64,000 nt of DNA from an uncultured bacterium (GTDB lineage Bacteria > Patescibacteriota > Minisyncoccia > UBA6257 > GWB1-50-10). The DNA lies in the NCBI GenBank assembly GCA_963768835.1, contig CAVYJB010000001.1, forward strand, positions 152,420 to 216,419, read 5' to 3'. The translations under genes and the position numbers were made by a program. Within the stretch, counting starts at the first letter, position 1. Each line of letters starts with the position of its first letter. Below the pieces are notes generated by a model. The model was not told the DNA's origin, ran no database searches, and saw nothing but the letters and a program-made list of their open reading frames with translations. Shown one piece after another: positions 54,031-64,000 of this stretch.

Positions 54031-54770
54031 GTTTCGGGGTTTTTGGCGAAGGCCTCCACGATCGGGGTTAAATCTCCCTCGAGTATCTTCTCGATATTGT
54101 GGAATTTCTTTCCGATGCGGTGGTCCGTGATGCGATCCTCGGGAAAGTTATACGTGCGGATCTTCTCTGCGCGTTCGGCGGAACCGATCTGCTCACGGCG
54201 AAGCGCCCCCACGGTGCCGGTCTCCCGCGCCTGTTGTGCCTCGAAAAGCTTTGCGCGGAGGAGCGCCATCGCGAGTTCGCGGTTCCGCGCTTGGCTACGC
54301 TCGTTCTGGGAAGCGACGACGATGCCGCTCGGGACGTGACGGATCCGCACGGCGGTCTCTACCTTGTTCACGTTCTGGCCGCCGGGGCCGCCCGAGCGGA
54401 AGAGGGTAAGTTCGAGATCCTGTGGCCGCACCTCGACCTCCTTAGCCTCTACTTCAGGGAGAACGGCGACGGAAGCCGTGGAGGTGTGGATGCGCCCTTG
54501 CCGTTCGGTCTCCGGTATGCGCTGGACCCGGTGCACGCCGGACTCGCGCCGCAGCGCCTCGTAAACGCCGAGGCCCGCGATCTCCGCCACGAAAGTCTTA
54601 TAGCCGCGCGCGCCGCTCATGCTCGACTCGAGGACGGTGAACTGCCACCCCTTTCGGAGGGCGAACTTCTGATACATCCGGGCTAGGTCGCCGGCGAAAA
54701 GGGATGCCTCATCGCCCCCCGTTCCGGCGCGGATCTCGATGATGAGCTTGTTGATCTGCGTTTCCTGCAT
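54015..54770 (-). CDS. prfA: peptide chain release factor 1 lacking the N-terminal domain
   Basis: [16 protein letters not shown] (PxT), GGQ, IRTYNF. Confidence 0.92.
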   Translation of the reverse strand: MQETQINKLIIEIRAGTGGDEASLFAGDLARMYQKFALRKGWQFTVLESSMSGARGYKTFVAEIAGLGVYEALRRESGVHRVQRIPETERQGRIHTSTASVAVLPEVEAKEVEVRPQDLELTLFRSGGPGGQNVNKVETAVRIRHVPSGIVVASQNERSQARNRELAMALLRAKLFEAQQARETGTVGALRREQIGSAERAEKIRTYNFPEDRITDHRIGKKFHNIEKILEGDLTPIVEAFAKNPETKNPA

Positions 54771-54871
54771 CAGAACCATTAAAGCTGATAACCTGATCCA
54801 AATCAAACGCACGTGTGAGCGCGCATCATTCCCCGAGGAGGGAGTTCTTGTTTCTGCGCGTCCGCGCCAGG

Positions 54872-55786
54872 CTACTTCATCACTGCCTGCGATTCGGCGA
54901 TGAAAGCGAGAGGATCAATGCTTTTGCCTCCGTCCCACATCGAAAGATGGAGGTGCGGTGCGAGCGCGTACCCAGTCTGCCCCGAGTAGCCGATGACCTG
55001 TCCTTTCGTGACGCGCGCACCTTTCTTCACCGCGAACTGACTGAGGTGAAGGTAGAGCGAGAAGATATGCGCTCCGTGGTCGACGACAATGGTATTCCCG
55101 TAGTCCCACAATCTCTTCGTGAGGGTGACTACGCCGTTGTTCACGGCATAGACAGGAGTCCCCGTCGCCGCTTCAAGATCGACGCCCAAGTGCTGGAGCT
55201 GAACACCCCCGCTTGTCCGATAGTCTCCGAACGCGCCGACATTCATGGTCGTGTTAGGGCCCGTAATCCCCGAGAGCGGATACTGAAATGCTGTGGAGAA
55301 GAGCGCCCCCGCGACGGGATGCAACGCGGCCCCGAGAACCGCGACGTTATCGCTCCCCGTGATACTAGCTTCGACGGACTTCGGGCTAAATCCCTGTGCC
55401 GCGAGAGCTTTGCTGATCACGAGATTCGTCACCCGGAACTTTGCATCCGTGACCGTGAGGAGCGTCGGGATCGTGTAGGACCCATTCACGAGAATTCTTG
55501 CACGGTAGACCCCCGGGGCCGCCTTTGCGGGGGCGGAGTAGAACCCGAGCCAGCGTCCGTCGTTTTGGAAAAACCAAATTCTACGGCTGCCGACCCATCC
55601 GACAACCGACCGCACGGTCCCGGATGCCGTGGGGGTCACGATAAAGACGGTTGTCCCGCCCTGCGGGATGGTCGAGGTTGCAAGCGTGAGGGCCGCGGGC
55701 GCCACGGCCGCCGCAACAGGGTGCATTAGAAAAACGCCGAAGAGTATGGCGCTCGAGACAAGCGCGATAGAGATTAAGAACTTCAT
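54872..55786 (-). CDS. M23 family metallopeptidase
   Basis: HLGVD, YGN, YLHL, PHLH. Confidence 0.93.
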   Translation of the reverse strand: MKFLISIALVSSAILFGVFLMHPVAAAVAPAALTLATSTIPQGGTTVFIVTPTASGTVRSVVGWVGSRRIWFFQNDGRWLGFYSAPAKAAPGVYRARILVNGSYTIPTLLTVTDAKFRVTNLVISKALAAQGFSPKSVEASITGSDNVAVLGAALHPVAGALFSTAFQYPLSGITGPNTTMNVGAFGDYRTSGGVQLQHLGVDLEAATGTPVYAVNNGVVTLTKRLWDYGNTIVVDHGAHIFSLYLHLSQFAVKKGARVTKGQVIGYSGQTGYALAPHLHLSMWDGGKSIDPLAFIAESQAVMK

Positions 55787-55796
55787 GGTGCTCACT

Positions 55797-56681
55797 CTAA
55801 GTAATACGATTGAAAAGGCGTAAGCGTTCCTCCGCCACGCGTTCAATCTCCGCAAGCACCTCGGGCATCAACTTATAGGGCGCCACCTCGCCGGGATGGT
55901 CCTTGAGGGATTCTTCCATCCCCTTCCTCCACGCGACGCGAAGCTCGGTCGAGATATGGATGATCGTGACGCCCGCGTCGATGGCCGCGAGAAAATCTTC
56001 ATTGGTGTTCCCAGACCCTCCGTGGAGCACGAGGGGGATGCCGACCGCGGCCTTGATGGCGCGGATGCGTTCAATGTCCAGAGCCGGCTCGGGAGCGTTC
56101 GCGAACATCCCGTGGATATTCCCCACCGCGGGCGCAAGCATGTCGATGCCGGTCGCGGCCACAAAACTCTTCGCATCCTCCGGCTTCGTAAGATCCTCCG
56201 GACGGATGGCTGCTCCTTTCGGGAATTCCTCCCGAATCTCTGAGCCGCTCCCGATATTCCCCAGTTCTCCCTCCACGAGGACGGAAGGGGACATTGCGCG
56301 CGCCACGGCGGCCGCCGCGCGCGTGAGTGCGATATTCTGCTCTATGGGAAGCATTCCTCCGTCGAAGAGCACTTCATCGAACCCCATCCGTGCCGCTTCC
56401 TGGATCTTTTCCACCGAATGCGTATGGTCGGCGTTCAGGTAGAGCCTAAAATTCCTGCCCGCGCCCATGTGCTCCATGTTATAACTCGCGACGAGGTCCT
56501 TTACGTGGTGAAGCCCCAGGTAGTCGCGTTCCCCCTCCGAAACGCCGATGATGACCGGCACGTCCAGTTTCTCGGCGGCGTCGGCGATGGCCTTGAGCTG
56601 CTCGAGGTTCGAGATGTTGAAGTGGCCGACGGCCACCTTCCGCGACTCCGCATCCGTGAGAACTTCACGCAGGGTTCGCAT
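55797..56681 (-). CDS. fba: class II fructose-bisphosphate aldolase
   Basis: ADH, VEGELG, GNIHG, LVLHGGSG. Confidence 0.92.
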   Translation of the reverse strand: MRTLREVLTDAESRKVAVGHFNISNLEQLKAIADAAEKLDVPVIIGVSEGERDYLGLHHVKDLVASYNMEHMGAGRNFRLYLNADHTHSVEKIQEAARMGFDEVLFDGGMLPIEQNIALTRAAAAVARAMSPSVLVEGELGNIGSGSEIREEFPKGAAIRPEDLTKPEDAKSFVAATGIDMLAPAVGNIHGMFANAPEPALDIERIRAIKAAVGIPLVLHGGSGNTNEDFLAAIDAGVTIIHISTELRVAWRKGMEESLKDHPGEVAPYKLMPEVLAEIERVAEERLRLFNRIT

Positions 56682-56689
56682 GGGTGTTC

Positions 56690-57943
56690 CTATACTTCAA
56701 AGTAGCCCTGCAACAGGTAATCCTTTGCATAGCGTTCGAGCTCGCGCTCGCCGAAGTATTCCGTGAAAATCTTGTTCCAGAGCGCCTCGCGCTGGTGGTA
56801 GCGGAATTTGGTCCGAGCCTCCCGCGTCACCACATCCATCGCGGTGTCCACGAGGTTGAAGCTCACGAGCGTCTCGTTCCCTGCATCATCGAGAAAATAG
56901 TCCCCTACCCAATCCAAATCGTTCCAGAACATAACATCCGAGGAGAAGTTCTCCACCACGCGCCCCAATGCGGTAAGCCCTTCTTCGGCTTTCAGCCAGT
57001 GGATAGCCTCGGGGTTGATGCGCGGCACGAACAGCCGCCAGTCATTTGGGTCGTCTTTTGTGAGGTAGCGCTGCACGACGAGCCAAAGCGTCTTGGAATT
57101 TTCCGGCATACGCTTCGTAAGGACGTCGCCCCGGAGAAGCGAGATGAGATTCTGCGGGAAGGTTGCGGGATCGCGCGCGATGCGGCGGAACATGTCTGAG
57201 TAGAATGGTACCTCGTGGAGATAGTGGAAAATCATGAGGAGTATCCGCATGAGTTCGCCCGAGATATCGAGGGTCACCGGGATAATGAAGACCACCCCCA
57301 TCTCCTTGAGGTGGGAAACGTTGTGCCACTTTTTCTTTACGAAGGATTCCGCCACCTTGCTCCACCGTTCTGAGATGGTCTGGAGTACGATGTCGCGCTC
57401 CTCGAAATCCTCAGGCGTGAGCACTTCGTACTGCTTGAAAAACGTTCCGTTCAGCCACTCGGCGCCCTCCACGAACCGCAGCGCGCTATAAATCTCAAAA
57501 AGATCCTCCTTCGCAAGCATGTCGTCCACGGATGTGTACCCGAGGTGCGCCATCACCTGCCGCGGCGGCTCGCGGCGCAGGAACTCCATCGCCTTCTCGC
57601 GTTTGATGAAGAATCCACGGTTCACGCCCGTCACTTTCTGCACGATGTTGAGGACGCTCGTGCAATCTCCGTGGTTGCTGCAGGTGGGATGCCCCATCGC
57701 CTCGAGGATCATGAAGTCGTCGGATTCGATCTTCGAGATCAGGGCGTCGTACATCTCTTTTATGGGCGCACTACGTGACACCCCGAGGGCGAGGAATCGT
57801 GCGTCGATCTGTTTCTCGTTCTCTGCGACAAGACGGTCGAAGACATCCCGCTTCCCCGTAAGAGCTCCCAGATGCTCATCGATCTTCCGGAGGGAGCTCC
57901 GGTCCGCCTTCAGAATCTTCGCGATGTGCTCGATAGAATCCAT
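56690..57943 (-). CDS. conserved-looking hypothetical protein within the sugar operon
   Basis: 417-aa ORF with host-like codon usage; HYLHE motif. Confidence 0.8.
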   Translation of the reverse strand: MDSIEHIAKILKADRSSLRKIDEHLGALTGKRDVFDRLVAENEKQIDARFLALGVSRSAPIKEMYDALISKIESDDFMILEAMGHPTCSNHGDCTSVLNIVQKVTGVNRGFFIKREKAMEFLRREPPRQVMAHLGYTSVDDMLAKEDLFEIYSALRFVEGAEWLNGTFFKQYEVLTPEDFEERDIVLQTISERWSKVAESFVKKKWHNVSHLKEMGVVFIIPVTLDISGELMRILLMIFHYLHEVPFYSDMFRRIARDPATFPQNLISLLRGDVLTKRMPENSKTLWLVVQRYLTKDDPNDWRLFVPRINPEAIHWLKAEEGLTALGRVVENFSSDVMFWNDLDWVGDYFLDDAGNETLVSFNLVDTAMDVVTREARTKFRYHQREALWNKIFTEYFGERELERYAKDYLLQGYFEV

Positions 57944-57957
57944 GGATTACGAAAGCC

Positions 57958-58959
57958 TCAGAGCGGATCGATGTCCAGGTTCAGGTACTGCCAACGCTTT
58001 CGCGTAAGATCTTTCTTGCGGAGAATACCGGGTTCCGCCCCGATGGCTTCGATGACGGAGGTGGCGTTCGCGGCCGCGAGGCGGAGTGCGTGGTGGATAT
58101 CCTCCTTTTGGAGCAACCCTGCGACGAAGCCGGACCCGAAGGCGTCCCCGGCCCCCGTCCGATCCACGATCTTCTTCTCGCGGAAGGTGCCAGCGGTGTA
58201 GAGATCCGTACCATCCGAGACACGCGCGCCGTTCGCTCCATCTGTAACGACCACGATGCCGTTCACGAGATCATCGATCTTCTTGAAAATGGCGCGGTCC
58301 TTCCCGTAGGGCACCCCCGTAAGGTACGAAGCTTCCTCACGGTTCATGATGACGACATCCAGATTCTTCAAGAGCGGCTTCAGGTGCGCCCCGTGCGTCT
58401 CAAGGTAGTGCTTCGAGGGGTTCATCGCGATTTTTGTTCCGTTCTTCTTGAGATGCAAGATGATTTCCCGGATCACGGAAAACTCGATGCGGCCTGGCGC
58501 AAGATAGGCCCACCGCGCCCGGAGACGGCTCATCGGAACATCACGGCGGGCGAGATCCTCCGACGCCCCGCGGTACACGAGGACGGTGCGTTCACCGTCG
58601 GGGGCAAGGAGAATCGTCGAGTAGGCCGTGCCTTTCTGTTTGTCGCGCGCCGCGATGACCTCCACCCGTTCCCGTGCAAGGTCCGCGATGACATCGTCCC
58701 CCCACATGTCCGTCCCCACCTTGAAAAGGGCGGCGGTCCGGAAACCTTGACGCCGGAAGGTGATGGCGGCGTTCGCCGCGCCGCCGCCGGTCGTGACAAG
58801 AGGTTTCGCAACCTCCATCTTCGAGCCGAGGGCAAAGCACTGCGCCTCCCCGGTCTTGAACCCGATGCGCTCAAGATGCGCAGGATCTCGGAGCACCTTA
58901 AAAGGGCTCGCGAGGAACACGTCGCGCGTCGCGGTTCCCACCGTGATAACATCGAGCAT
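57958..58959 (-). CDS. PfkB-family carbohydrate kinase
   Basis: GGGAANAA, NREE, DRTGAGDAFGSG. Confidence 0.93.
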   Translation of the reverse strand: MLDVITVGTATRDVFLASPFKVLRDPAHLERIGFKTGEAQCFALGSKMEVAKPLVTTGGGAANAAITFRRQGFRTAALFKVGTDMWGDDVIADLARERVEVIAARDKQKGTAYSTILLAPDGERTVLVYRGASEDLARRDVPMSRLRARWAYLAPGRIEFSVIREIILHLKKNGTKIAMNPSKHYLETHGAHLKPLLKNLDVVIMNREEASYLTGVPYGKDRAIFKKIDDLVNGIVVVTDGANGARVSDGTDLYTAGTFREKKIVDRTGAGDAFGSGFVAGLLQKEDIHHALRLAAANATSVIEAIGAEPGILRKKDLTRKRWQYLNLDIDPL

Positions 58960-59011
58960 TGGCCTCATTGTACCATGATTTTCCGACTTTGCGAAGCGGA
59001 CCAAAAACGCC

Positions 59012-59365
59012 CTAGGGGGGCGTTTCGTTTTCACTGTAGCCGGGGACACGTTTCCGCGGGCGCTTCTCCCGGCCCCATACAGCGGCGCATGCGAGCGCGT
59101 AGGCGAGGAAGAGATCGAAGATGAGGGGGCCGACGGAAAATTGCCAAACCGCCTGGTCGTTCATGAAGTGCTCGCCGTAAAACGTCGGGTAACCCAGCCC
59201 CGCGACCGGGCGAAACACGCACTGATATGTTCCCCCGGAGGACGACGATGCGCAGGCCGGCCCATACCTCGGGATGAAGTACGTTAAAAGCAGGAGAAGG
59301 ATGGCGATGAGAATTTTAGAAAACGTCGGCGCGGCGAACGCCTTGAACGATGGGGTCGTGGGCAT
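59012..59365 (-). CDS. hypothetical two-TM protein
   Basis: Two hydrophobic segments flanking a Cys pair. Confidence 0.6.
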   Translation of the reverse strand: MPTTPSFKAFAAPTFSKILIAILLLLLTYFIPRYGPACASSSSGGTYQCVFRPVAGLGYPTFYGEHFMNDQAVWQFSVGPLIFDLFLAYALACAAVWGREKRPRKRVPGYSENETPP

Positions 59366-59372
59366 GGCTTTT

Positions 59373-60365
59373 TTAGTGGGCGCGCTTCACGACACGCTCC
59401 GCAACCCGCACGATATCAGGAACATCCATCCCAAAGTGCCGGATAAGCTCCTCCGGGGTACCGGACTCGCCGTACGTGTCCTGCATACCGATGAATTCCA
59501 TGGGCACCGGATACTTCCCTGCCAAGAACTCCGCGACCGCGCCGCCGAGCCCCCCCGCCACTTGGTGTTCCTCCACCGTCACGATCGCACCTACGCGTTT
59601 CGCAACCTCCAAAATGCGCTTGCCGTCCAAGGGCTTGATCGTGTGACAGTTGAGCACGACGCTCCCGATGTTCTGTTTCTCGAGCTCGCGGGCGGCGAGG
59701 AGCGCACGGTGCACCAGAAGCCCGCAGGCCACAAGTGCCACCTGCGGCTTTTTGGACTGCCAGAACACCTCTGCATTCCCAGGGATGAAGGGAGTGTCCA
59801 CAGTCGTGACGAGCGGCGACTTCTCTCGCGCGAAGCGGATGTAGACGGGGCCCCAGACCTTCGCCGCGGCAACGGTCGCCTTCTTGGCTTCCAGGGCATC
59901 GCAGGGCACGAACACCTTCATGTTCGGCATCGTGCGCATGAGGGCGATGTCCTCCGTCGCCTGGTGCGTCGCCCCGTCGGGGCCCACGGAAACCCCCGCG
60001 TGGTGGCCTCCGATCTTCACGTTGGCATCATTGTAGGCGATGGTCGTTCGAATCTGCTCCCAGTTCCGGCCGGGCGAGAAAGTCGCATAGGAAGCGATGA
60101 ACGGTACCTTCCCCGAAAGGGCAAGGCCCGCCGCGATCGTCGCCATCGCCTGTTCGGCGACGCCTATCTCGAAGAAACGGTCGGGATATTTCTTCGCGAA
60201 CCCCTCCGTCCGGGTCGATTCGGTGAGATCGGCGCACAGCGCCACCACATTCGGGTTCTCCTCCCCCAGGAACAGGAGTCCTTCGCCGTACCCGTCCCGG
60301 ATAGGCTTCTGCTCCACGTCCGCATCGAACACCTTCGGGTTTAATTTTGCGTCCGAATTCTCCAT
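59373..60365 (-). CDS. transketolase, C-terminal subunit
   Basis: GVAEQ, GPDGATHQ, TIKPLD, EEHQ. Confidence 0.93.
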   Translation of the reverse strand: MENSDAKLNPKVFDADVEQKPIRDGYGEGLLFLGEENPNVVALCADLTESTRTEGFAKKYPDRFFEIGVAEQAMATIAAGLALSGKVPFIASYATFSPGRNWEQIRTTIAYNDANVKIGGHHAGVSVGPDGATHQATEDIALMRTMPNMKVFVPCDALEAKKATVAAAKVWGPVYIRFAREKSPLVTTVDTPFIPGNAEVFWQSKKPQVALVACGLLVHRALLAARELEKQNIGSVVLNCHTIKPLDGKRILEVAKRVGAIVTVEEHQVAGGLGGAVAEFLAGKYPVPMEFIGMQDTYGESGTPEELIRHFGMDVPDIVRVAERVVKRAH

Positions 60366-60374
60366 GGTACGAGG

Positions 60375-60734
60375 TCAGGATGTTTTTTCTTTTTTAATGA
60401 CGCCCCAGTGATAAAGATAGAGCGGCACTCCGACGACGAAAAGCGCAATAGATCCCGCCGCGTCGCTTTCGTGCTGCGAAGCCGTTTGTTGATCCTGCAT
60501 CGCTTGGAGTTCGGCGGACGACGGCTGCGTAGGCCCCGCGGGCACCACGTCGGTTTTGGCCGGCGCTGCCACGGGTGCGGCCATCGGGTAAGCGTAGTTC
60601 CGGTCCGCATTGGGGAACACAAATATCCGAAGTCCCAGACTCACGAGGCGTACCGCGCCCACAGTCGCAAGCACGAGCCCCAAGAGGGCGAAGATGTAGA
60701 GATAGATTTTTCGGATCAGGGGGTGGTCACTCAT
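60375..60734 (-). CDS. hypothetical two-TM protein (DUF5671-like)
   Basis: RKIYLYIFALLGL...VGVPLYLYHW. Confidence 0.7.
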   Translation of the reverse strand: MSDHPLIRKIYLYIFALLGLVLATVGAVRLVSLGLRIFVFPNADRNYAYPMAAPVAAPAKTDVVPAGPTQPSSAELQAMQDQQTASQHESDAAGSIALFVVGVPLYLYHWGVIKKEKTS

Positions 60735-61587
60735 GTTCGGAACGGATGCGGTTTCCTAGCGTGCGCAGTTCGTGGAGCGCTTTCCGCGCCTCCTCGCGAT
60801 TGGGGGCTTTCCCGTGCCAGTGATAATCGCGCTCCATGAAGTCGACGCCTTTGCCGGGGATGGTGTACGCGATAATGACCGTCGGCCGCTCGTACACCGC
60901 TTCAGCCTCGGAGACCGCATCCACGAAGTCCCGCATGCTGTGCCCGCCGATCTCAAGCACGTGCCAATTGAACGCCTCGTATTTCTCCCGCAACGGATCC
61001 AAGGGCATCACATCCTCGGTGTAACCGTCGATCTGGATATTGTTTCGGTCCACGATGACCGTGAGATTCGAGAGGCGACGCTTCGCGGCGACCTGAATCG
61101 CCTCCCAAGTATTCCCCTCCTGATGCTCTCCGTCCGAGGCCACGCAATAGACGCGGTGCTTCTTCCCGTCAAGCCGTGCGGCCAAGGCCATCCCGACCGC
61201 TTGGGCGATCCCCGAACCCAGGGGGCCCGAGGTGGTCTCAACTCCGGGGAGCGCCGTCCGGTGCGGATGCCCCTGGAGGCGGCTCCCGAGTTTCCGGAGC
61301 GTACGAAGTTCGGATACGGGGAAATAGCCCGCGTGCGCCATCGCGGCATACCGGATGGGACAGATGTGGCCATTCGAAAGCACGAGCCGATCCCGCTCCG
61401 GCCAATCCGGCCGCTTCGGGTCGTGGTGCAGCACATGGAAGTAGAGCGCGGCGAAAATGTCCGCCATGCCGAGAGGTCCGGCCGAGTGCCCCGAGCCGGC
61501 CTCAAGAAGCATCTCGATCACCGATTCGCGGAGTACGTTCGCCTGTTCCTCAAGCTGCTTCACTTTTTCTTCGTGGAGGGGCTGCAT
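60727..61587 (-). CDS. transketolase, N-terminal (TPP-binding) subunit
   Basis: SGH, RDRLVLSNGH, LQGHP, SDGEHQEG. Confidence 0.93.
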   Translation of the reverse strand: MQPLHEEKVKQLEEQANVLRESVIEMLLEAGSGHSAGPLGMADIFAALYFHVLHHDPKRPDWPERDRLVLSNGHICPIRYAAMAHAGYFPVSELRTLRKLGSRLQGHPHRTALPGVETTSGPLGSGIAQAVGMALAARLDGKKHRVYCVASDGEHQEGNTWEAIQVAAKRRLSNLTVIVDRNNIQIDGYTEDVMPLDPLREKYEAFNWHVLEIGGHSMRDFVDAVSEAEAVYERPTVIIAYTIPGKGVDFMERDYHWHGKAPNREEARKALHELRTLGNRIRSEHE

Positions 61588-61591
61588 GTGG

Positions 61592-62248
61592 TTAAAGCTT
61601 TGTGAGGGCTTCGTAGGCCGCCTTGGGGTCCCGGCTTCCGAAGATATAGGTGGCGGAGGTGAGGATCGCGGCCCCGGAGGCAACGACCGCCCGACCCGTT
61701 TCGAGATTCATCCCGCCATCGACCTCTATTATAGCATTGGGGATCTGGGTATGGAGCCACTCCACTTTTTGCACCACAGAGAACTGGAATTTCTGGCCCG
61801 CCCACCCGGGATCCACGGCGAGCACCTGCACATAAAAGGTCTCCCCGTTGCTGGGCGCAAACTGCAGCACTTCGTCCGCCGGCGTCTGAGGCGCGAGCGA
61901 GAGCATGAGATCGGCGCCATAGCGCGTCACATGGTCTCGGAGCTGCTCAATACTACCGTGGATGGTTTCGAGCTGCACGACGGCGCGCTTCACGCCGGCC
62001 GCGAGCCACTCGTCGATCGCCTCCTCCGGGTGCTCCACCATGAGGTGTGCCTCCAAGGAAATGGGGCCTCCGTTCTCAGCAAGGACACGCTTAAGATCTC
62101 CCGGATTGTCCCAGGTGGTCGCGAGCGTAAACTTTCCATCACCCACGTCCATATGGGCCCACGTCGCCCCCAGAGCGTGAATCTGGGCGAGCCGCTCGGC
62201 CACGCAGATCCGGTTCCGGCAGTTAACTACGGGAATGACCTGGGTCAT
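61592..62248 (-). CDS. rpe: ribulose-phosphate 3-epimerase
   Basis: HMDVGDGKF, EAHLM, PGWAGQ, VDGG. Confidence 0.92.
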   Translation of the reverse strand: MTQVIPVVNCRNRICVAERLAQIHALGATWAHMDVGDGKFTLATTWDNPGDLKRVLAENGGPISLEAHLMVEHPEEAIDEWLAAGVKRAVVQLETIHGSIEQLRDHVTRYGADLMLSLAPQTPADEVLQFAPSNGETFYVQVLAVDPGWAGQKFQFSVVQKVEWLHTQIPNAIIEVDGGMNLETGRAVVASGAAILTSATYIFGSRDPKAAYEALTKL

Positions 62249-62768
62249 AAAGGGCACCGCCATTCGGATCGGGTTCCTCTTCGTCCTCTTCGCCGTCCCC
62301 GCGCCGCGCTTTCCGGGCCAGCTCCTCCTCAACCTGGGTTATCTCGAGGAGCCTCCGACGGTGACGCGCCTGTTCGGAGAACGGAGCCTGGAGCCAGGTC
62401 ATAAGGATCTTTTTCGCCGCTTCGGGTTCCACATAGGAGGAGGAGAGGCAGAGGACGTTCGTGTCGTCGTCATTCCGGCTGTCAAAGGCCTCGTTGGGGG
62501 TCGACACGAGCGCCGCCCGGACATGGGGATACTTGTTCGCCACCACGGACATCCCAACACCCGAGCCGCAGATAAGGATGCCGCGCGTCGTATCGAAGTC
62601 GTGGCTCACCTTGTCCGCAACCGCCTTCGCAAAGGAAGGATAGTCATCCTCCTCGTCGAGGACGCGGTTCCCTAGGTCCTCCACGGGATATCCCTGGTCG
62701 CTTAAAAAACGCTTCAGGTATTCCTTCAGTTGAAAGCCGCGGTGATCCGCGGCGATGAAGATAACCAT
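62223..62768 (-). CDS. rpiB: ribose-5-phosphate isomerase B
   Basis: ADHRG, DYP, CGSGVG, ANK, RHRRR. Confidence 0.93.
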   Translation of the reverse strand: MVIFIAADHRGFQLKEYLKRFLSDQGYPVEDLGNRVLDEEDDYPSFAKAVADKVSHDFDTTRGILICGSGVGMSVVANKYPHVRAALVSTPNEAFDSRNDDDTNVLCLSSSYVEPEAAKKILMTWLQAPFSEQARHRRRLLEITQVEEELARKARRGDGEEDEEEPDPNGGALYDPGHSRS

Positions 62769-62769
62769 A

Positions 62770-62970
62770 CTAGCGAGGGTGCGCGGCGAGTTCCCTGAGC
62801 GTGCGGGCTTGGAAGTGGCCGACCACATTGTCCACCTCGAACGCGCTCTGGATGGAAGCGTGGATGGCGCTCTGAACGTTCACGCGGATACTAAAGAGGA
62901 CTCCGAAGAGCCCGGCGAGAAAAACGCCGCTGATGATGAAGTAAGCTGCGCGGAGGAGGAAACGTGTCAT
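62770..62970 (-). CDS. small hypothetical membrane protein
   Basis: Fills the gap-rpiB spacer with tight coupling; one TM. Confidence 0.55.
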   Translation of the reverse strand: MTRFLLRAAYFIISGVFLAGLFGVLFSIRVNVQSAIHASIQSAFEVDNVVGHFQARTLRELAAHPR

Positions 62971-63986
62971 GGAAGAAGCTTCGCCGCGGCCTCCACGTGC
63001 CGCACGAGCGTCGCGACATACCCCGCCTCGTTGTCATACCAGGAAAGCACCTTGACGAGCGTCCCGCCCACGACCTTCGTGAACGCCGGGTCCACGATGG
63101 CTCCGTAGGGCTCCCCCACGATGTCCGAGGACACCACCTGGTCCTCCGCCACCTTCAGGAGACCCTGCCAGCGGGGCTCTGCCGCAGCCGCACGGAGAAT
63201 GCTATTCACTTCTTCCACGGAGGTTGCGCGTTTCGCGACGAAGGTGATGTCCGCGATGGAGCCCGCGGCGACGGGCACGCGGATGGCGATGCCGTCGAAG
63301 TTGCCCGCAAGGGCGGGGACCACGCGCGTGACCGCGATGGCAGCTCCCGTCGTCGAGGGTGTTATGTTCTGCGCCGCGGCGCGGCCGCGGCGGAAATCAT
63401 CTCCCTTGGTCGGCCCGTCCACGATGGACTGGGTCGCCGTGTACGCGTGGATGGTGTCGAGGATTGCGTGCTCAATGCCAGGGTTTTCCGAAAGCACGGC
63501 GATAACGGGCGCAGCCGCATTCGTCGTGCAGGAACCGTTCGAGGTGATGGCCACAGACACAAAGTCGCCCTCATTCACGCCCATGAGAACCGTATGGCCG
63601 AGCGCGCCGTCGGCATCCTTCGCGGGCGCGGTGATCACGACGCGCTTCGCGCCGGCGTCCAAATGCACCTTCGCTTTCTCGAACGACTCAAAGATGCCGG
63701 TGGACTCCACCACGATATCCACGCCGAGATCCCTCCAGGGGAGCTTCATGGGGTCTTTTTCTTCAAGGAATCGGATGTCCTTCCCGTCCACGCGCAGGGT
63801 GCCCGGGGAACTTTTGACTTCTTTCGCGTAACGCCCGTAGACGGTGTCGTATTTCAAAAGATAGGCGAGGTTTTCCGCGTTTCCGAGGTCGTTTACCGCC
63901 ACGATCTCAATGCCCTCGCGGCCAAACGCGCTTCGAAAAAATAACCTCCCAATCCTCCCAAATCCGTTGATCGCAATTTTTGCCAT
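62967..63986 (-). CDS. gap: glyceraldehyde-3-phosphate dehydrogenase
   Basis: INGFGRIGR, SCTTN, WYDNE. Confidence 0.97.
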   Translation of the reverse strand: MAKIAINGFGRIGRLFFRSAFGREGIEIVAVNDLGNAENLAYLLKYDTVYGRYAKEVKSSPGTLRVDGKDIRFLEEKDPMKLPWRDLGVDIVVESTGIFESFEKAKVHLDAGAKRVVITAPAKDADGALGHTVLMGVNEGDFVSVAITSNGSCTTNAAAPVIAVLSENPGIEHAILDTIHAYTATQSIVDGPTKGDDFRRGRAAAQNITPSTTGAAIAVTRVVPALAGNFDGIAIRVPVAAGSIADITFVAKRATSVEEVNSILRAAAAEPRWQGLLKVAEDQVVSSDIVGEPYGAIVDPAFTKVVGGTLVKVLSWYDNEAGYVATLVRHVEAAAKLLP

Positions 63987-64000
63987 GTGGGTATTATAGC

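Overview
This window comes from a GC-rich, reduced genome that looks like Patescibacteria/CPR (Parcubacteria-like), based on a divergent stand-alone 16S, short RpoB, N-truncated RF1, split transketolase and a type IV pilus locus. Most of it is housekeeping: dcw genes, rplJL, parAB, rpsF-ssb-rpsR, rpoBC, mltG/rodA, glycosylation genes, a type IV pilus/adhesin cluster, 16S rRNA and a glycolysis/pentose-phosphate operon. The first ~4.2 kb, downstream of tRNA-Glu, is an accessory island with a large serine recombinase and a diversity-generating retroelement (DGR) module. The module has an avd gene, a 127-bp template repeat (585-711) and a target gene with a 3' variable repeat (1027-1153). Of the 18 TR/VR differences, 15 fall at TR adenines. 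No reverse transcriptase is present in the window. The most unusual feature is in the structured RNA leader upstream of the TR: a 13-nt segment (803-815) exactly complementary to the 3' end of the target VR but not the TR, placed next to the TR 5' end by a 12-bp stem. This suggests a possible RNA guide for DGR targeting (inference). Other notable items are a candidate ~285-nt structured ncRNA between parA and parB, a 16S lacking the anti-Shine-Dalgarno motif alongside many leaderless genes, and a mosaic internal duplication in a large adhesin. Frameshifts in rpoC and parB look like homopolymer sequencing errors.
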